A stretch of DNA of 33,391 bases from positions 1 through 33,391 of the forward strand of contig JADHTD010000001.1 of NCBI GenBank assembly GCA_016776525.1, written 5' to 3'. This document shows, one piece after another, positions 24,894 through 33,391 of this stretch. The stretch's first letter is position 1; each line of letters starts with the position of its first letter. The position numbers and the translations under genes were made by a program. The notes under the pieces were generated by a model that was not told the DNA's origin, did not search any database, and saw only the letters and a list, made by a program, of their open reading frames with translations. Origin of the DNA: Rhodospirillales bacterium. Its GTDB lineage: Bacteria > Pseudomonadota > Alphaproteobacteria > Rhodospirillales > JADHTD01.

Positions 24894-26027
24894 TCAGCTT
24901 GCTTGTGCGATGTCTTCATCGTCCGAATATTTTTCCGCGATGGACCGGAACTCGGATTCGATCTCCAGGAAGGCATCGACCATCACCGGATCAAAATGCG
25001 AGCCCCTGCCCTCTTCGATCATAGCAACAGTTTCTTCATGGGTGAAGGGCGGTTTGTAGACCCGGCGGCTGATCAGCGCGTCATAGACATCGGCGACCGC
25101 CATGAGGCGTGCCGACAGGGGAATATCCCCACCGGAAAGGCCTGCGGGATAACCGCTGCCGTCCCATTTCTCATGGTGGCCGATGGCGATCTCGCGGGCA
25201 TAGGCCAAAAAGGCCCCGGCTTCTTCATCGGCGATCATGCCTTCCGCCGCCTCGATGGCTTCCTCGCCCAGGCGGGCATGGGTTTTCATAATTTCGAATT
25301 CATCCGGGTCCAGTCTGCCCGGCTTCAGCAGGATGCGGTCCGGAATGCCGACCTTGCCGATGTCGTGCAGGGGGGCGGACTTGAAAAGAAGCGTGATGGT
25401 TTCCGGGGTCAGTTGATCCCGGAATTGTTCCAGGCCGCCGAGTTTTTCGGCCAGCGCCCGTATATAGCGTTGGGTGCGGCGGATATGGTTTCCGGTTTCA
25501 TTGTCCCGCGTCTCCGCCAACGACCCCATGGCGACAATGGTCGCATCCTGCACCACGTTCAGTTGCCGGGTCCGCTGCTGCACGCGGGCTTCCAATTCGT
25601 CGCCGCGGATTTTCTGGCGGTTGTAGAAAACCCAGGTTTCCAGGAGATTGCGGATCCTCAGCAGGACTTCCCAACGATCGAACGGCTTGTTGAGGAAATC
25701 CTTGGCTCCCAGGGACAAAGCCTGGCGGCGGGTATCGTCGTCGGTCTGGGCGGTCAGCACCAGCACCGGCTGATAATCGTCGATTTGTTTATCTTGCAGC
25801 ATCTGCAAGACGTCGATGCCGCTCATTTCCGGCATATGGATATCGAGCAGGATCAGGTCGAAGCTTTCAATCTTAAGGAAGGTTTCCACCTCGCGCGGGT
25901 CGGTGGTGGTGAAGATATTACGATAGCCTTCGGCTCCCAGGATATCGACCAGAAGGGTGATGTTCACCAGCGTGTCGTCGACGATTAGAATTTTTGAGTC
26001 GAGAATTTTTTCGTCAAGCCGGTCCAT
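24894..26027 (-). CDS. Response regulator with an HD-GYP c-di-GMP phosphodiesterase-type output domain (RpfG family)
   Basis: 377 aa. Receiver: [10 protein letters not shown]...[16 protein letters not shown]. Output: ...[14 protein letters not shown]...[15 protein letters not shown]. Confidence 0.9.
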   Translation of the reverse strand: MDRLDEKILDSKILIVDDTLVNITLLVDILGAEGYRNIFTTTDPREVETFLKIESFDLILLDIHMPEMSGIDVLQMLQDKQIDDYQPVLVLTAQTDDDTRRQALSLGAKDFLNKPFDRWEVLLRIRNLLETWVFYNRQKIRGDELEARVQQRTRQLNVVQDATIVAMGSLAETRDNETGNHIRRTQRYIRALAEKLGGLEQFRDQLTPETITLLFKSAPLHDIGKVGIPDRILLKPGRLDPDEFEIMKTHARLGEEAIEAAEGMIADEEAGAFLAYAREIAIGHHEKWDGSGYPAGLSGGDIPLSARLMAVADVYDALISRRVYKPPFTHEETVAMIEEGRGSHFDPVMVDAFLEIESEFRSIAEKYSDDEDIAQAS

Positions 26028-26166
26028 AAGAGCTGCTCAAATCCAAACTGTTTGATTACCCCGATGCGCAGATCAATCCAATCCGCAACCCTATGCATAT
26101 TGGTATGATCCTCTCCAATGTAAAGGAGAAGCAGGGCCCGGATACCGGAAAGGTCCTATATGGGTT

Positions 26167-26811
26167 TCAGGCGACGGTCGTGGCTGTCCCGGAAGCGCTT
26201 TCGGCGGCCGCTTTGCGCCCGGCGTCGAAGGCTTTTTCGTTGGCTTCGGCCACTTCCGGTTTGCGTTCCCGGAAGCCTTTGACGATGATCTCGCGCAGCA
26301 CTTCCGGCTCAAACGGCAAGTGATCGGCAATGGCCCCCAGCATGATGGTGTTGACCATGCGCACGTCGCCCAGCTCACGGGCGATGGCCCCGGCTTCAAA
26401 AGCCGCGACGTTGACCCCGGACTGGCGCATCATACCGACCGGGTCATCCGGATACTCGAACAAGCCGATGGCGACGATCGGCGGGGCCAACCGGTAGGTA
26501 TTGACGGCAGCAACACCGTTCGGCCGCAAGTGCGTGGACCAGCGCATGGCCTCGGCCGGTTCAAAGCCAATGAGAATATCGGCTTCCCCGGCGGGAATGG
26601 CCGGCGACAGGACTTTCTCGCCGAAACGCACGTGAGAGGTCACCACGCCGCCCCGCTGGGCCATACCGGCGACTTCGGTTTTCTTGGCATCATAACCCAG
26701 GGAGATGGCCGTCTGGGCAAGTATCTCGGTGGCTGTCATGACGCCCTGGCCGCCGACGCCGCAAACCAGGATATTGGTAATGGATTTTTTATTGTTCATG
26801 GCCGGCCTCAT
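26167..26811 (-). CDS. iorB: Indolepyruvate:ferredoxin oxidoreductase beta subunit
   Basis: 214 aa: NILVCGVGGQGVMTATEILAQTAI...EVAGMAQRGGVVTSHVRFG. The ATG overlaps the iorA stop (ATGA). Confidence 0.85.
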   Translation of the reverse strand: MRPAMNNKKSITNILVCGVGGQGVMTATEILAQTAISLGYDAKKTEVAGMAQRGGVVTSHVRFGEKVLSPAIPAGEADILIGFEPAEAMRWSTHLRPNGVAAVNTYRLAPPIVAIGLFEYPDDPVGMMRQSGVNVAAFEAGAIARELGDVRMVNTIMLGAIADHLPFEPEVLREIIVKGFRERKPEVAEANEKAFDAGRKAAAESASGTATTVA

Positions 26812-28676
26812 TCAGCAGGGGCGGGTTTAAACAGGTCCGCCGGATCGACGGGAACGATGGCATCCGGGCTACATGTCTGCGGACACAGGTTGCAGCCGGT
26901 GCAGGCAACAGTATCGATGGTCACCCAGGCCTTGGCAATTTCCTTGCCGTCGGCGCGGAATTCCGTGGCCCGCCGCGTCACATGGATGGCCGGGCAGCCG
27001 ACATTGAGGCAGTTGGTGCAGCCGGTGCATTCCTCGTCGATCACTTTGAACGGCGTCTGGCGGCTGAAATCGTCGATCAGCACACAGGGATCGTTGGTGA
27101 TGATGACCGACGGTTCCGGCTGCCTGATTTCCTCGCGGATGTACTTGAACAGGGTCGGCATCTCATAAGGACTGACCGTCTTGATGCGTTCCGGGTTGAT
27201 GCCCAGCGCTTCCACGAGCTTGACGAAATCCACCTGCGGCGCCGGGGCGCCGTGGATATCCTTGCCGGTGCCGGCATGGTCCTGGCCGCCGGTCATGCCG
27301 GTGGCGCTGTTGTCCAGCAGCAGCACGGTGATGTTGCCCTTGTTGTAGGTCATCTCCAACAGGCCCTGCATACCCATATGCAGGAAGGTGGAATCGCCGA
27401 TCACGGCGACGATGCCTTTGTCCTTATCGGCCTCGGCGCGGCCTAAGTCCATACCCAGCGCCATGCCCATGGAGGCCCCCATGCAGGTGGTGGTGTCAAG
27501 CGCATTCCACGGATGCCCGGCGCCCAGGGTATAACAGCCGATGTCACCGCAAATGTTGGTGGTCCGGGTGACCCGGTGCAGGCAGTAATAGACCGGCAGG
27601 TGCGGACAGCCGACACACATGGTCGGCGGCCGCGGGAAAACGGCCATCGGCGGGGCCGGCTCTTCCGCCGCCACATCGTCACCCAGCAGACCGGCGATGG
27701 CCGGACGCAGCACCGAGGGCATCAACTCGCCGCACCTGGGAAGGATATTCTTACCCTGTACGGTGATACCGGCGGCCTTCAGTTCGTTTTCAACCAGCGG
27801 TTCGGTCTCTTCCACCACCACCAGGGTATCGACGGTTTTGGCGAACGTACGGATGCTTTCCACCGGCAGCGGGCAGCTCAGGCCCAGCTTGAAGACCGGC
27901 ATGTCGGGGAAGCTTTCCTTCACATGCATGTAGGCCGGTCCAGAGGTGACAAAGCCGAGCCGTTTATCACTGCCCTCTTCGGTCCGGTTCAGCGGACTGG
28001 TTTCAACATAAGCCGCCAGCTTTTCATCGCGGGCGAACTGCACCTGCTGTTGGTTTTTGGCATTCGCCGGCACCATTACCCAGCGCGACGGGTTGCGCTC
28101 GAAGCCCTTGTTGTCAGGCACCACCCGCTCGCCGGTCTGCACCAGCCCTTTGACGTGGCAGATGCGGGTGGTCATGCGGACGATCACCGGCGTGTTAAAT
28201 TCTTCGGAAAGATCGAAGGCCGCCTTGATCATGTCATGGGCTTCCTGGGAATCCGAGGGCTCCAAAATCGGAATATGGGCGAAGCGGCCCCAGAAGCGGG
28301 TGTCCTGTTCGTTCTGCGAGGAAGAAAAACCGACGTCGTCGGCAACGGCGATGACCAGCCCGCCGCCGACCCCGGCCAGGGTCTGTGACATGAGGGCATC
28401 GGAAGCGACGTTGACGCCGACGTGTTTCATCGTACAAAAGGCCCGCGCCCCGGCCACCGAAGCGCCGATGACGACTTCCAGCGAGGTCTTCTCATTGACC
28501 GACCAGTGGGTGTGGATGTCCGGATACCGGCACAGGTTTTCGAGGATTTCCGTCGACGGCGTACCCGGATAAGCGGCGCCGACGGTGGCCCCGGCTTCCC
28601 AGACGGCGCGGGCGACGGCTTCGTTGCCGCTGAGCAGTTCGGCGGCGGTGTTTTCGGCTTTGGTGAGTACGTTCAC
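26808..28676 (-). CDS. iorA: Indolepyruvate:ferredoxin oxidoreductase alpha subunit (TPP and 2x[4Fe-4S])
   Basis: 622 aa with a GTG start at 28676-28674 after GGAAGGAAAA. Translation: ...LLSGNEAVARAVWEAG...GYPGTPSTEI..., TPP motif GDSTFLHMG...NSATGMTGGQ, and C-terminal CTGCTNCLNVGCP...CTGCNLCPQTCSP. Confidence 0.9.
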   Translation of the reverse strand: MNVLTKAENTAAELLSGNEAVARAVWEAGATVGAAYPGTPSTEILENLCRYPDIHTHWSVNEKTSLEVVIGASVAGARAFCTMKHVGVNVASDALMSQTLAGVGGGLVIAVADDVGFSSSQNEQDTRFWGRFAHIPILEPSDSQEAHDMIKAAFDLSEEFNTPVIVRMTTRICHVKGLVQTGERVVPDNKGFERNPSRWVMVPANAKNQQQVQFARDEKLAAYVETSPLNRTEEGSDKRLGFVTSGPAYMHVKESFPDMPVFKLGLSCPLPVESIRTFAKTVDTLVVVEETEPLVENELKAAGITVQGKNILPRCGELMPSVLRPAIAGLLGDDVAAEEPAPPMAVFPRPPTMCVGCPHLPVYYCLHRVTRTTNICGDIGCYTLGAGHPWNALDTTTCMGASMGMALGMDLGRAEADKDKGIVAVIGDSTFLHMGMQGLLEMTYNKGNITVLLLDNSATGMTGGQDHAGTGKDIHGAPAPQVDFVKLVEALGINPERIKTVSPYEMPTLFKYIREEIRQPEPSVIITNDPCVLIDDFSRQTPFKVIDEECTGCTNCLNVGCPAIHVTRRATEFRADGKEIAKAWVTIDTVACTGCNLCPQTCSPDAIVPVDPADLFKPAPAE

Positions 28677-28812
28677 GGATTTTCCTTCCGCTGGCAGATC
28701 AATTTACAAAAACAAATATTTCCCGCAGAGCGGGGGGTCGTGCCATAACCGTAAATTGTTCGGGGGGCAAACGGTTAAGGGCTTTTTTAGCCGTGATTGG
28801 CAGGGCTGCGCA

Positions 28813-28826
28813 TTGACACGCGTCAA
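28813..28826. promoter_or_regulatory. FNR/FixK-type box TTGAC-N4-GTCAA upstream of iorAB
   Basis: TTGACacgcGTCAA matches the TTGA-N6-TCAA core of CRP/FNR-family sites. Its centre lies about 143 nt upstream of the iorA GTG. Confidence 0.35.
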
Positions 28827-28876
28827 ACCCGGTCCGCCGGGACATTTGCCAGAATCGTCACAAAATCCGGTTGAAT

Positions 28877-29545
28877 TCACTCGATAGCCTGTTTGAGGGC
28901 CCCGGCCGAGGCCCACGGACACAAGGCCAGGGAACCGATCATGAAGGCCCCCAGGATCAGCAATTGCGGCTTGAAGGTGAAGCCGGTGATGGCCGCGTCG
29001 ACGGCGCTGACCCCGAAGATCAGCACCGGGATATAAAGCGGCAGGATCAGCAGCGACAGCAGCACGCCGCCGCGCCGCGAGCCTAATACCAGGGCGGCGC
29101 CGACGGCGCCGATGAGACTGAGTGTCGGGGTTCCCACCAGCAGGGCGCCGATGAGGATGAGGAAACCCTGGGTTTCCATGTTGAGCAGCACGGCCAGCAA
29201 GGGTGCGGCGGCAATCAGCGGCAGGCCCGTGGTCAGCCAGTGGGCGGTGACCTTGCCCAAGACGACGATTTCCAGGGCCATCGGCTGCAAGGCCAGCAAC
29301 TCGAGACTGCCGTCCTCGTAATCGGCCTGAAAGAGGCGTTCCAGGGACAGCATCGAGGCCAGCAGCGCCGCCACCCAGATGACACCGGCCGAAATGCGGG
29401 CCAGGATATTGGGTTCCGGCCCGACCCCGAAGGGAAACAGCACGACGGCAATAACGAAGAAAACCACCACCATGACATTGTCCATGCCCTGGCGGGAAGC
29501 CAGCCGCAGGTCGCGGCGGACGATCTGGGTGAAGCCGGATATCAT
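28877..29545 (-). CDS. ccmB: Heme exporter protein CcmB
   Basis: 222 aa polytopic membrane protein: ...RRDLRLASRQG...FFVIAVVLFPFGVGPEP...PLLAVLLNM.... The ATG overlaps the ccmA stop. Confidence 0.9.
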   Translation of the reverse strand: MISGFTQIVRRDLRLASRQGMDNVMVVVFFVIAVVLFPFGVGPEPNILARISAGVIWVAALLASMLSLERLFQADYEDGSLELLALQPMALEIVVLGKVTAHWLTTGLPLIAAAPLLAVLLNMETQGFLILIGALLVGTPTLSLIGAVGAALVLGSRRGGVLLSLLILPLYIPVLIFGVSAVDAAITGFTFKPQLLILGAFMIGSLALCPWASAGALKQAIE

Positions 29546-30195
29546 GCGCCGCTCCCCGGTAGGCTATGATGGGCGAAATCATCCAGGTCGAGGGTCTGGG
29601 TGTCGTCCAGGGCCATATCCGCATGGGTGGAGATGACCACCATGCCGCCGCCGGCCCGGTGTTTGCCGATGGCGTCCTCCAGCGCCGCGATGGCCGCCAC
29701 ATCCAGCGCCGTCGTCGGTTCGTCGAGCAGCCATAAGGGAGCCTCGGCGGACAGGATGCGGGCCAGGTTGGCGCGGCGTTTCTGACCGGCCGACAGGAAG
29801 CGGCCCGGAATATCGGCCAGATGGGCGATGCCGAGCACCTCCAGGGCTTTCAAAGAGGCTTCCTCGGACGGCTTGCCGCCGTTGCGCATGCCGGACCAGA
29901 ACTGCACATTTTCGGCCACCGTCAGCACCGGCTTCACGGCATCCAGGTGGCCGACGTAATGCAGCCGCCCGCCGTGGGATTCCGGGTCTTCGGAGATCGC
30001 CTCCCCGTCCCAGTCGAGGCCGCCTTCGGCCGGGGGCAGCAGACCCGCCATCAAGCGCAGCAAACTGGATTTACCGCTGCCGTTGGGGCCGACCAGGACC
30101 AGGGCGCCGCCCGCCGCCAGGCCGAAACCGAGGCCGGCAAAAACGATCCGCTCGCCGCGGACGCAGGTCAGGTCGGTGCCGGTGAAAGCAGGCAT
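29542..30195 (-). CDS. ccmA: Cytochrome c biogenesis heme ABC exporter ATPase CcmA
   Basis: ORF 29542..30456. The ATG at 30195-30193 gives MPAFTGTDLTCVRGERIVFAGLGFGLAAGGALVLVGPNGSGKSSLLRLMAGLL...FLSAGQKRRANLARIL...LWLLDEPTTALD (217 aa, the usual CcmA size). Confidence 0.9.
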   Translation of the reverse strand: MPAFTGTDLTCVRGERIVFAGLGFGLAAGGALVLVGPNGSGKSSLLRLMAGLLPPAEGGLDWDGEAISEDPESHGGRLHYVGHLDAVKPVLTVAENVQFWSGMRNGGKPSEEASLKALEVLGIAHLADIPGRFLSAGQKRRANLARILSAEAPLWLLDEPTTALDVAAIAALEDAIGKHRAGGGMVVISTHADMALDDTQTLDLDDFAHHSLPGSGA

Positions 30196-30634
30196 ATTAT
30201 TTCCGTTGCTGGTGACATGACTGTCGGTGCGGCGGAAAGGTATCTTACTTTTACGGAAAGAAAAAGAAGAGCGGCCGGTCGGGGTTTCCGAACCAGCCGC
30301 TAAGGTAAGCATGATAATGCCTGTTTTGGGGGCCAGAGAGGGGAGTCTCTGGCTATGTAGGGTCATATTAAAACGGTTAATTGTGGCAACTTTATGCCCA
30401 AGTTTCCTTTTTTTTCGGGGTCCTATTCCGCCGCCTATGGACGGCCTGCTTCTCAAGTCCCGTTTCGGGACCGGCTTTGTTGGCAGTGGGATACTCCCGT
30501 TCCGGCCCGGAGCGGCAAATCACGATGCGGTGATAGCCGAACCACCATGGCCCAAAGTCTGGACATTCCGACGAATTTGTGGTCTCACAGGCCCCCGAAA
30601 TCAAACCGACCTACCCAAAAAGAGGAGGGATCCC

Positions 30635-33316
30635 GTGTCCTCATTCGGTCAAGACACCCTCAAGACCCGCCGCCAACTCACCGCCGGCGGCAAAACCTAC
30701 GATTACTACAGCCTTGAGGCCGCCAGTGAGGCCGGTCTCGGCGACATCTCCCGCCTGCCCTATTCCCTGAAAGTTTTGCTGGAAAACCTGCTGCGCTGGG
30801 AAGACGGACGCACGGTTACCACCGACGACGTGCAGGCTCTGGCCGACTGGCTGAAAGAGCGCCGTTCCGACAGCGAAATCGCCTACCGCCCGGCCCGCGT
30901 GCTGATGCAGGATTTCACCGGTGTTCCCGCCGTTGTCGATCTGGCTGCCATGCGCAACGCCATGACGGCGCTGGGCGGCGACCCGCAAAAAATTAACCCC
31001 CTGTCGCCGGTCGATCTGGTCATTGATCACTCGGTGATGATCGATTATGCCGGTTCCGCCGATGCCATGGGGAAAAATGAGAAACTGGAATTTGAACGCA
31101 ACCAGGAACGCTATGAATTCCTGCGTTGGGGCGGGTCCGCTTTTGATAATTTCCGCGTCGTGCCGCCGGGAACCGGTATTTGTCATCAGGTCAACGTCGA
31201 ATACCTGGCCCAGGTCGTTTGGACCGGTGGCGAGGACGGCAACGTCGCCTATCCCGACACCGTGGTCGGCACCGACAGCCACACCACCATGGTCAACGGT
31301 CTGGCCGTTTTGGGCTGGGGTGTCGGCGGTATCGAAGCCGAAGCGGTTATGCTGGGCCAGCCGGTTTCCATGCTGGTTCCGGAAGTGGTCGGTTTCAAAC
31401 TGACCGGCAAGCCAAAGGAAGGCATTACCGCCACCGATGTTGTCTTGCAGGTCGTTCAAATGCTGCGTCAATTGGGCGTGGTTGGAAAATTCGTCGAATT
31501 CTACGGCTCCGGCCTCGACAACATGCCCCTGACCGACCGTTCGACCATCGCCAACATGGCCCCGGAATACGGCGCCACCTGCGGTTTCTTCCCGGTCGAT
31601 GCGGAAACCATCAAGTACCTGAAAATGACGGCGCGGGACGACGACCGGGTTGCCCTGGTTGAAGCCTACGCCAAGGCCCAGGGCATGTGGCGCGATGGCA
31701 ATTCCCCGGACCCGGAATTCACCACCACCATAGAACTGGACCTTTCCACGGTCGAAGCCAACATTTCCGGCCCCAAACAGCCGAAAGACCGCATTGCACT
31801 GTCCGACTCAGCGGCTGCTTTCCCCGGCATTCTCAACGATCTGGCCGGTACCAGCCAGCCTCGAACCTCGGTCATTGAGGACGAAGATTACGATTTGCGC
31901 GACGGCGATGTGGTCATTGCTTCCATCACCAGTTGCACCAACACTTCCAACCCGGCGGTACTGATCGGAGCCGGACTTTTGGCCCGCAACGCCGCCGCCA
32001 AAGGCTTGCGTCCAAAACCATGGGTCAAGACTTCGCTGGCACCGGGATCACAGGTGGTCGCCGATTACCTGGAACAAGCCGGTTTGCAGGAACACCTGGA
32101 TACCATGGGCTACAACATTGTCGGTTTCGGCTGCACCACGTGCATCGGTAACTCCGGCCCGCTGGCCGATAACATTGCCGGCGCCATCGAAAGCGGCGAC
32201 CTGGTCGCCACCGCCGTGCTATCCGGCAACCGCAACTTCGAAGGCCGCATCAGCCCGCTTGTGAAAGCCAACTTCCTGGCCTCACCGCCGCTGGTCGTCG
32301 CTTATGCCATCGCCGGTTCAATGACCCGCGACCTGCGCAACGATCCGCTGGGCAAAGATACGGACGGCAACCCGGTATACCTGAAGGACATCTGGCCCAC
32401 CGACCAGGAAATCCAGGACATCATCGCCGACGTCATCACGCCCGAGATGTTCGAGGCACGCTATGCCGATGTGCTCAAGGGCTCCAGTGCCTGGCAGGAC
32501 ATCAAAGTCGATGACAGCGAGACCTATAGCTGGAATGCCGGTTCCACCTATGTACAGAACCCGCCCTACTTTGAAGGCATGAAGGCGGAGCCGGACGAGG
32601 TCACCGATATCAAGGGTGCCCGTCTGCTGGCCCTGCTGGGGGATTCTGTGACCACCGATCACATTTCCCCGGCCGGCGGTTTCGCCAAGGAAAGCCCGGC
32701 CGGCGGCTACCTTCTGGAACGCCAGGTGCGGCCGCAGGATTTCAACTCTTATGGTTCCCGCCGCGGCAACCATGACGTCATGATGCGCGGCACCTTTGCC
32801 AATATTCGTATCCGCAACGAGTTGGCTCCCGGCACCGAGGGCGGCCTCACCCGCCATATGCCGGACGGCGAGCAAATGTCGATCTATGACGCCGCCATGA
32901 AATACCAGCAAGAGGGTACGCCCCTGGTAGTCGTTGGCGGCAAGGAATACGGCACCGGTTCCAGTCGGGACTGGGCGGCCAAGGGTACCTTCCTGTTGGG
33001 TATCAAAGCCGTCATCGTCGAAAGCTTCGAGCGCATCCACCGCTCCAACCTGGTCGGCATGGGCATCATGCCGTTGCAGTTCAAGGACGGCGTAACCCGC
33101 CAATCCCTGAAGCTGGATGGTTCCGAGGTCTTTGACTTCATTGGCATTGCCGACGGCATCACGCCCGGCATGGACATTCCGTGCCGCATCACCCGGGCCG
33201 ATGGCTCGGTTGAAGAACTGCAACTGCTGTGCCGTATCGATACCCTGGATGAGGTCGATTACTATAAGCACGGCGGCATTCTGCAGTACGTGCTGAGGAA
33301 TCTCAACGCCGCCTGA
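30635..33316 (+). CDS. acnA: Aconitate hydratase A
   Basis: ORF 30227..33316. The in-frame GTG at 30635 follows AGAGGAGGGA and gives [27 protein letters not shown]...[15 protein letters not shown]... (893 aa). Motifs: [32 protein letters not shown]. Confidence 0.95.
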   Translation: MSSFGQDTLKTRRQLTAGGKTYDYYSLEAASEAGLGDISRLPYSLKVLLENLLRWEDGRTVTTDDVQALADWLKERRSDSEIAYRPARVLMQDFTGVPAVVDLAAMRNAMTALGGDPQKINPLSPVDLVIDHSVMIDYAGSADAMGKNEKLEFERNQERYEFLRWGGSAFDNFRVVPPGTGICHQVNVEYLAQVVWTGGEDGNVAYPDTVVGTDSHTTMVNGLAVLGWGVGGIEAEAVMLGQPVSMLVPEVVGFKLTGKPKEGITATDVVLQVVQMLRQLGVVGKFVEFYGSGLDNMPLTDRSTIANMAPEYGATCGFFPVDAETIKYLKMTARDDDRVALVEAYAKAQGMWRDGNSPDPEFTTTIELDLSTVEANISGPKQPKDRIALSDSAAAFPGILNDLAGTSQPRTSVIEDEDYDLRDGDVVIASITSCTNTSNPAVLIGAGLLARNAAAKGLRPKPWVKTSLAPGSQVVADYLEQAGLQEHLDTMGYNIVGFGCTTCIGNSGPLADNIAGAIESGDLVATAVLSGNRNFEGRISPLVKANFLASPPLVVAYAIAGSMTRDLRNDPLGKDTDGNPVYLKDIWPTDQEIQDIIADVITPEMFEARYADVLKGSSAWQDIKVDDSETYSWNAGSTYVQNPPYFEGMKAEPDEVTDIKGARLLALLGDSVTTDHISPAGGFAKESPAGGYLLERQVRPQDFNSYGSRRGNHDVMMRGTFANIRIRNELAPGTEGGLTRHMPDGEQMSIYDAAMKYQQEGTPLVVVGGKEYGTGSSRDWAAKGTFLLGIKAVIVESFERIHRSNLVGMGIMPLQFKDGVTRQSLKLDGSEVFDFIGIADGITPGMDIPCRITRADGSVEELQLLCRIDTLDEVDYYKHGGILQYVLRNLNAA

Positions 33317-33366
33317 CGGTGAGACTTACGGCGGCGTTGTCTCTTTTGATAACGCCGCCCTCACCG
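33317..33366 (+). terminator. Compound hairpin just after acnA (terminator-like, no U-tract)
   Basis: Outer stem CGGTGAG (33317-33323) pairs with CTCACCG (33360-33366). Inner 9-bp stem GGCGGCGTT (33330-33338) pairs with AACGCCGCC (33351-33359). AACGCCGCC also occurs at 33305-33313 within the acnA 3-prime end, giving an alternative pairing. Confidence 0.35.
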
Positions 33367-33391
33367 GACTGTGACTGGCGAAATGCTGCCG

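Noticed and set aside
30227-30634. N-terminal extensions of track ORFs: acnA from 30227, ccmA to 30456, ffh to 14705, rplS to 11207, NUDIX to 21809, DUF2141 to 20750, and the MCP-like gene from 22200.
   Set aside because: The extensions encode non-homologous, low-complexity sequence. Internal starts coincide with canonical family N-termini and/or good SD sequences.

Overview
A 33.4-kb, GC-rich (about 60%) window that reads as a core chromosomal region of an alphaproteobacterium. The gene order looks Rhodospirillales-like, but I cannot name the organism. Minus strand: ffh-rpsP-rimM-trmD-rplS-leuC-leuD-leuB-asd, then pgk, an HD-GYP response regulator, iorAB and ccmAB. Plus strand: dapF-mtaB-ftsY and acnA (divergent from ccmA). 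There is also a CitE-like lyase/MaoC hydratase pair, two receiver-domain proteins, an MBL-fold lipoprotein and an XRE regulator. A small accessory-looking islet lies between ftsY and pgk (GlcG-like, DUF2141, NUDIX, three 62-74 aa ORFs and a truncated MCP-like protein). About 33 CDSs are credible. Most long ORFs in the track are antisense shadows typical of high-GC DNA. I see no CRISPR array, cas genes, transposase, integrase, phage genes, rRNA or tRNA, and no recognisable defence system. The most unusual signal is the 1.4-kb ORF-less gap at 571-2067. Its core (about 920-1860) is a dense plus-strand array of about 18 hairpins capped by UUCG/UNCG, GAAA or CUUG tetraloops. Part of the array is phased at 38-39 nt, and it ends in a three-way-junction domain followed by a U-rich tract. 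I interpret it as a candidate large structured ncRNA or a previously undescribed hairpin-repeat element; this is inference only. Secondary signals are a short interspersed repeat family confined to intergenic DNA at 19.3-23.5 kb, which includes a three-hairpin module with compensatory stem changes between its two copies. Others are a strongly SD-preceded 39-codon ORF between leuB and its terminator, an MCP-like protein lacking the signalling hairpin, and an FNR/FixK-type box upstream of iorAB. All functional calls come from reading the translations and from motif memory. No database search was run.
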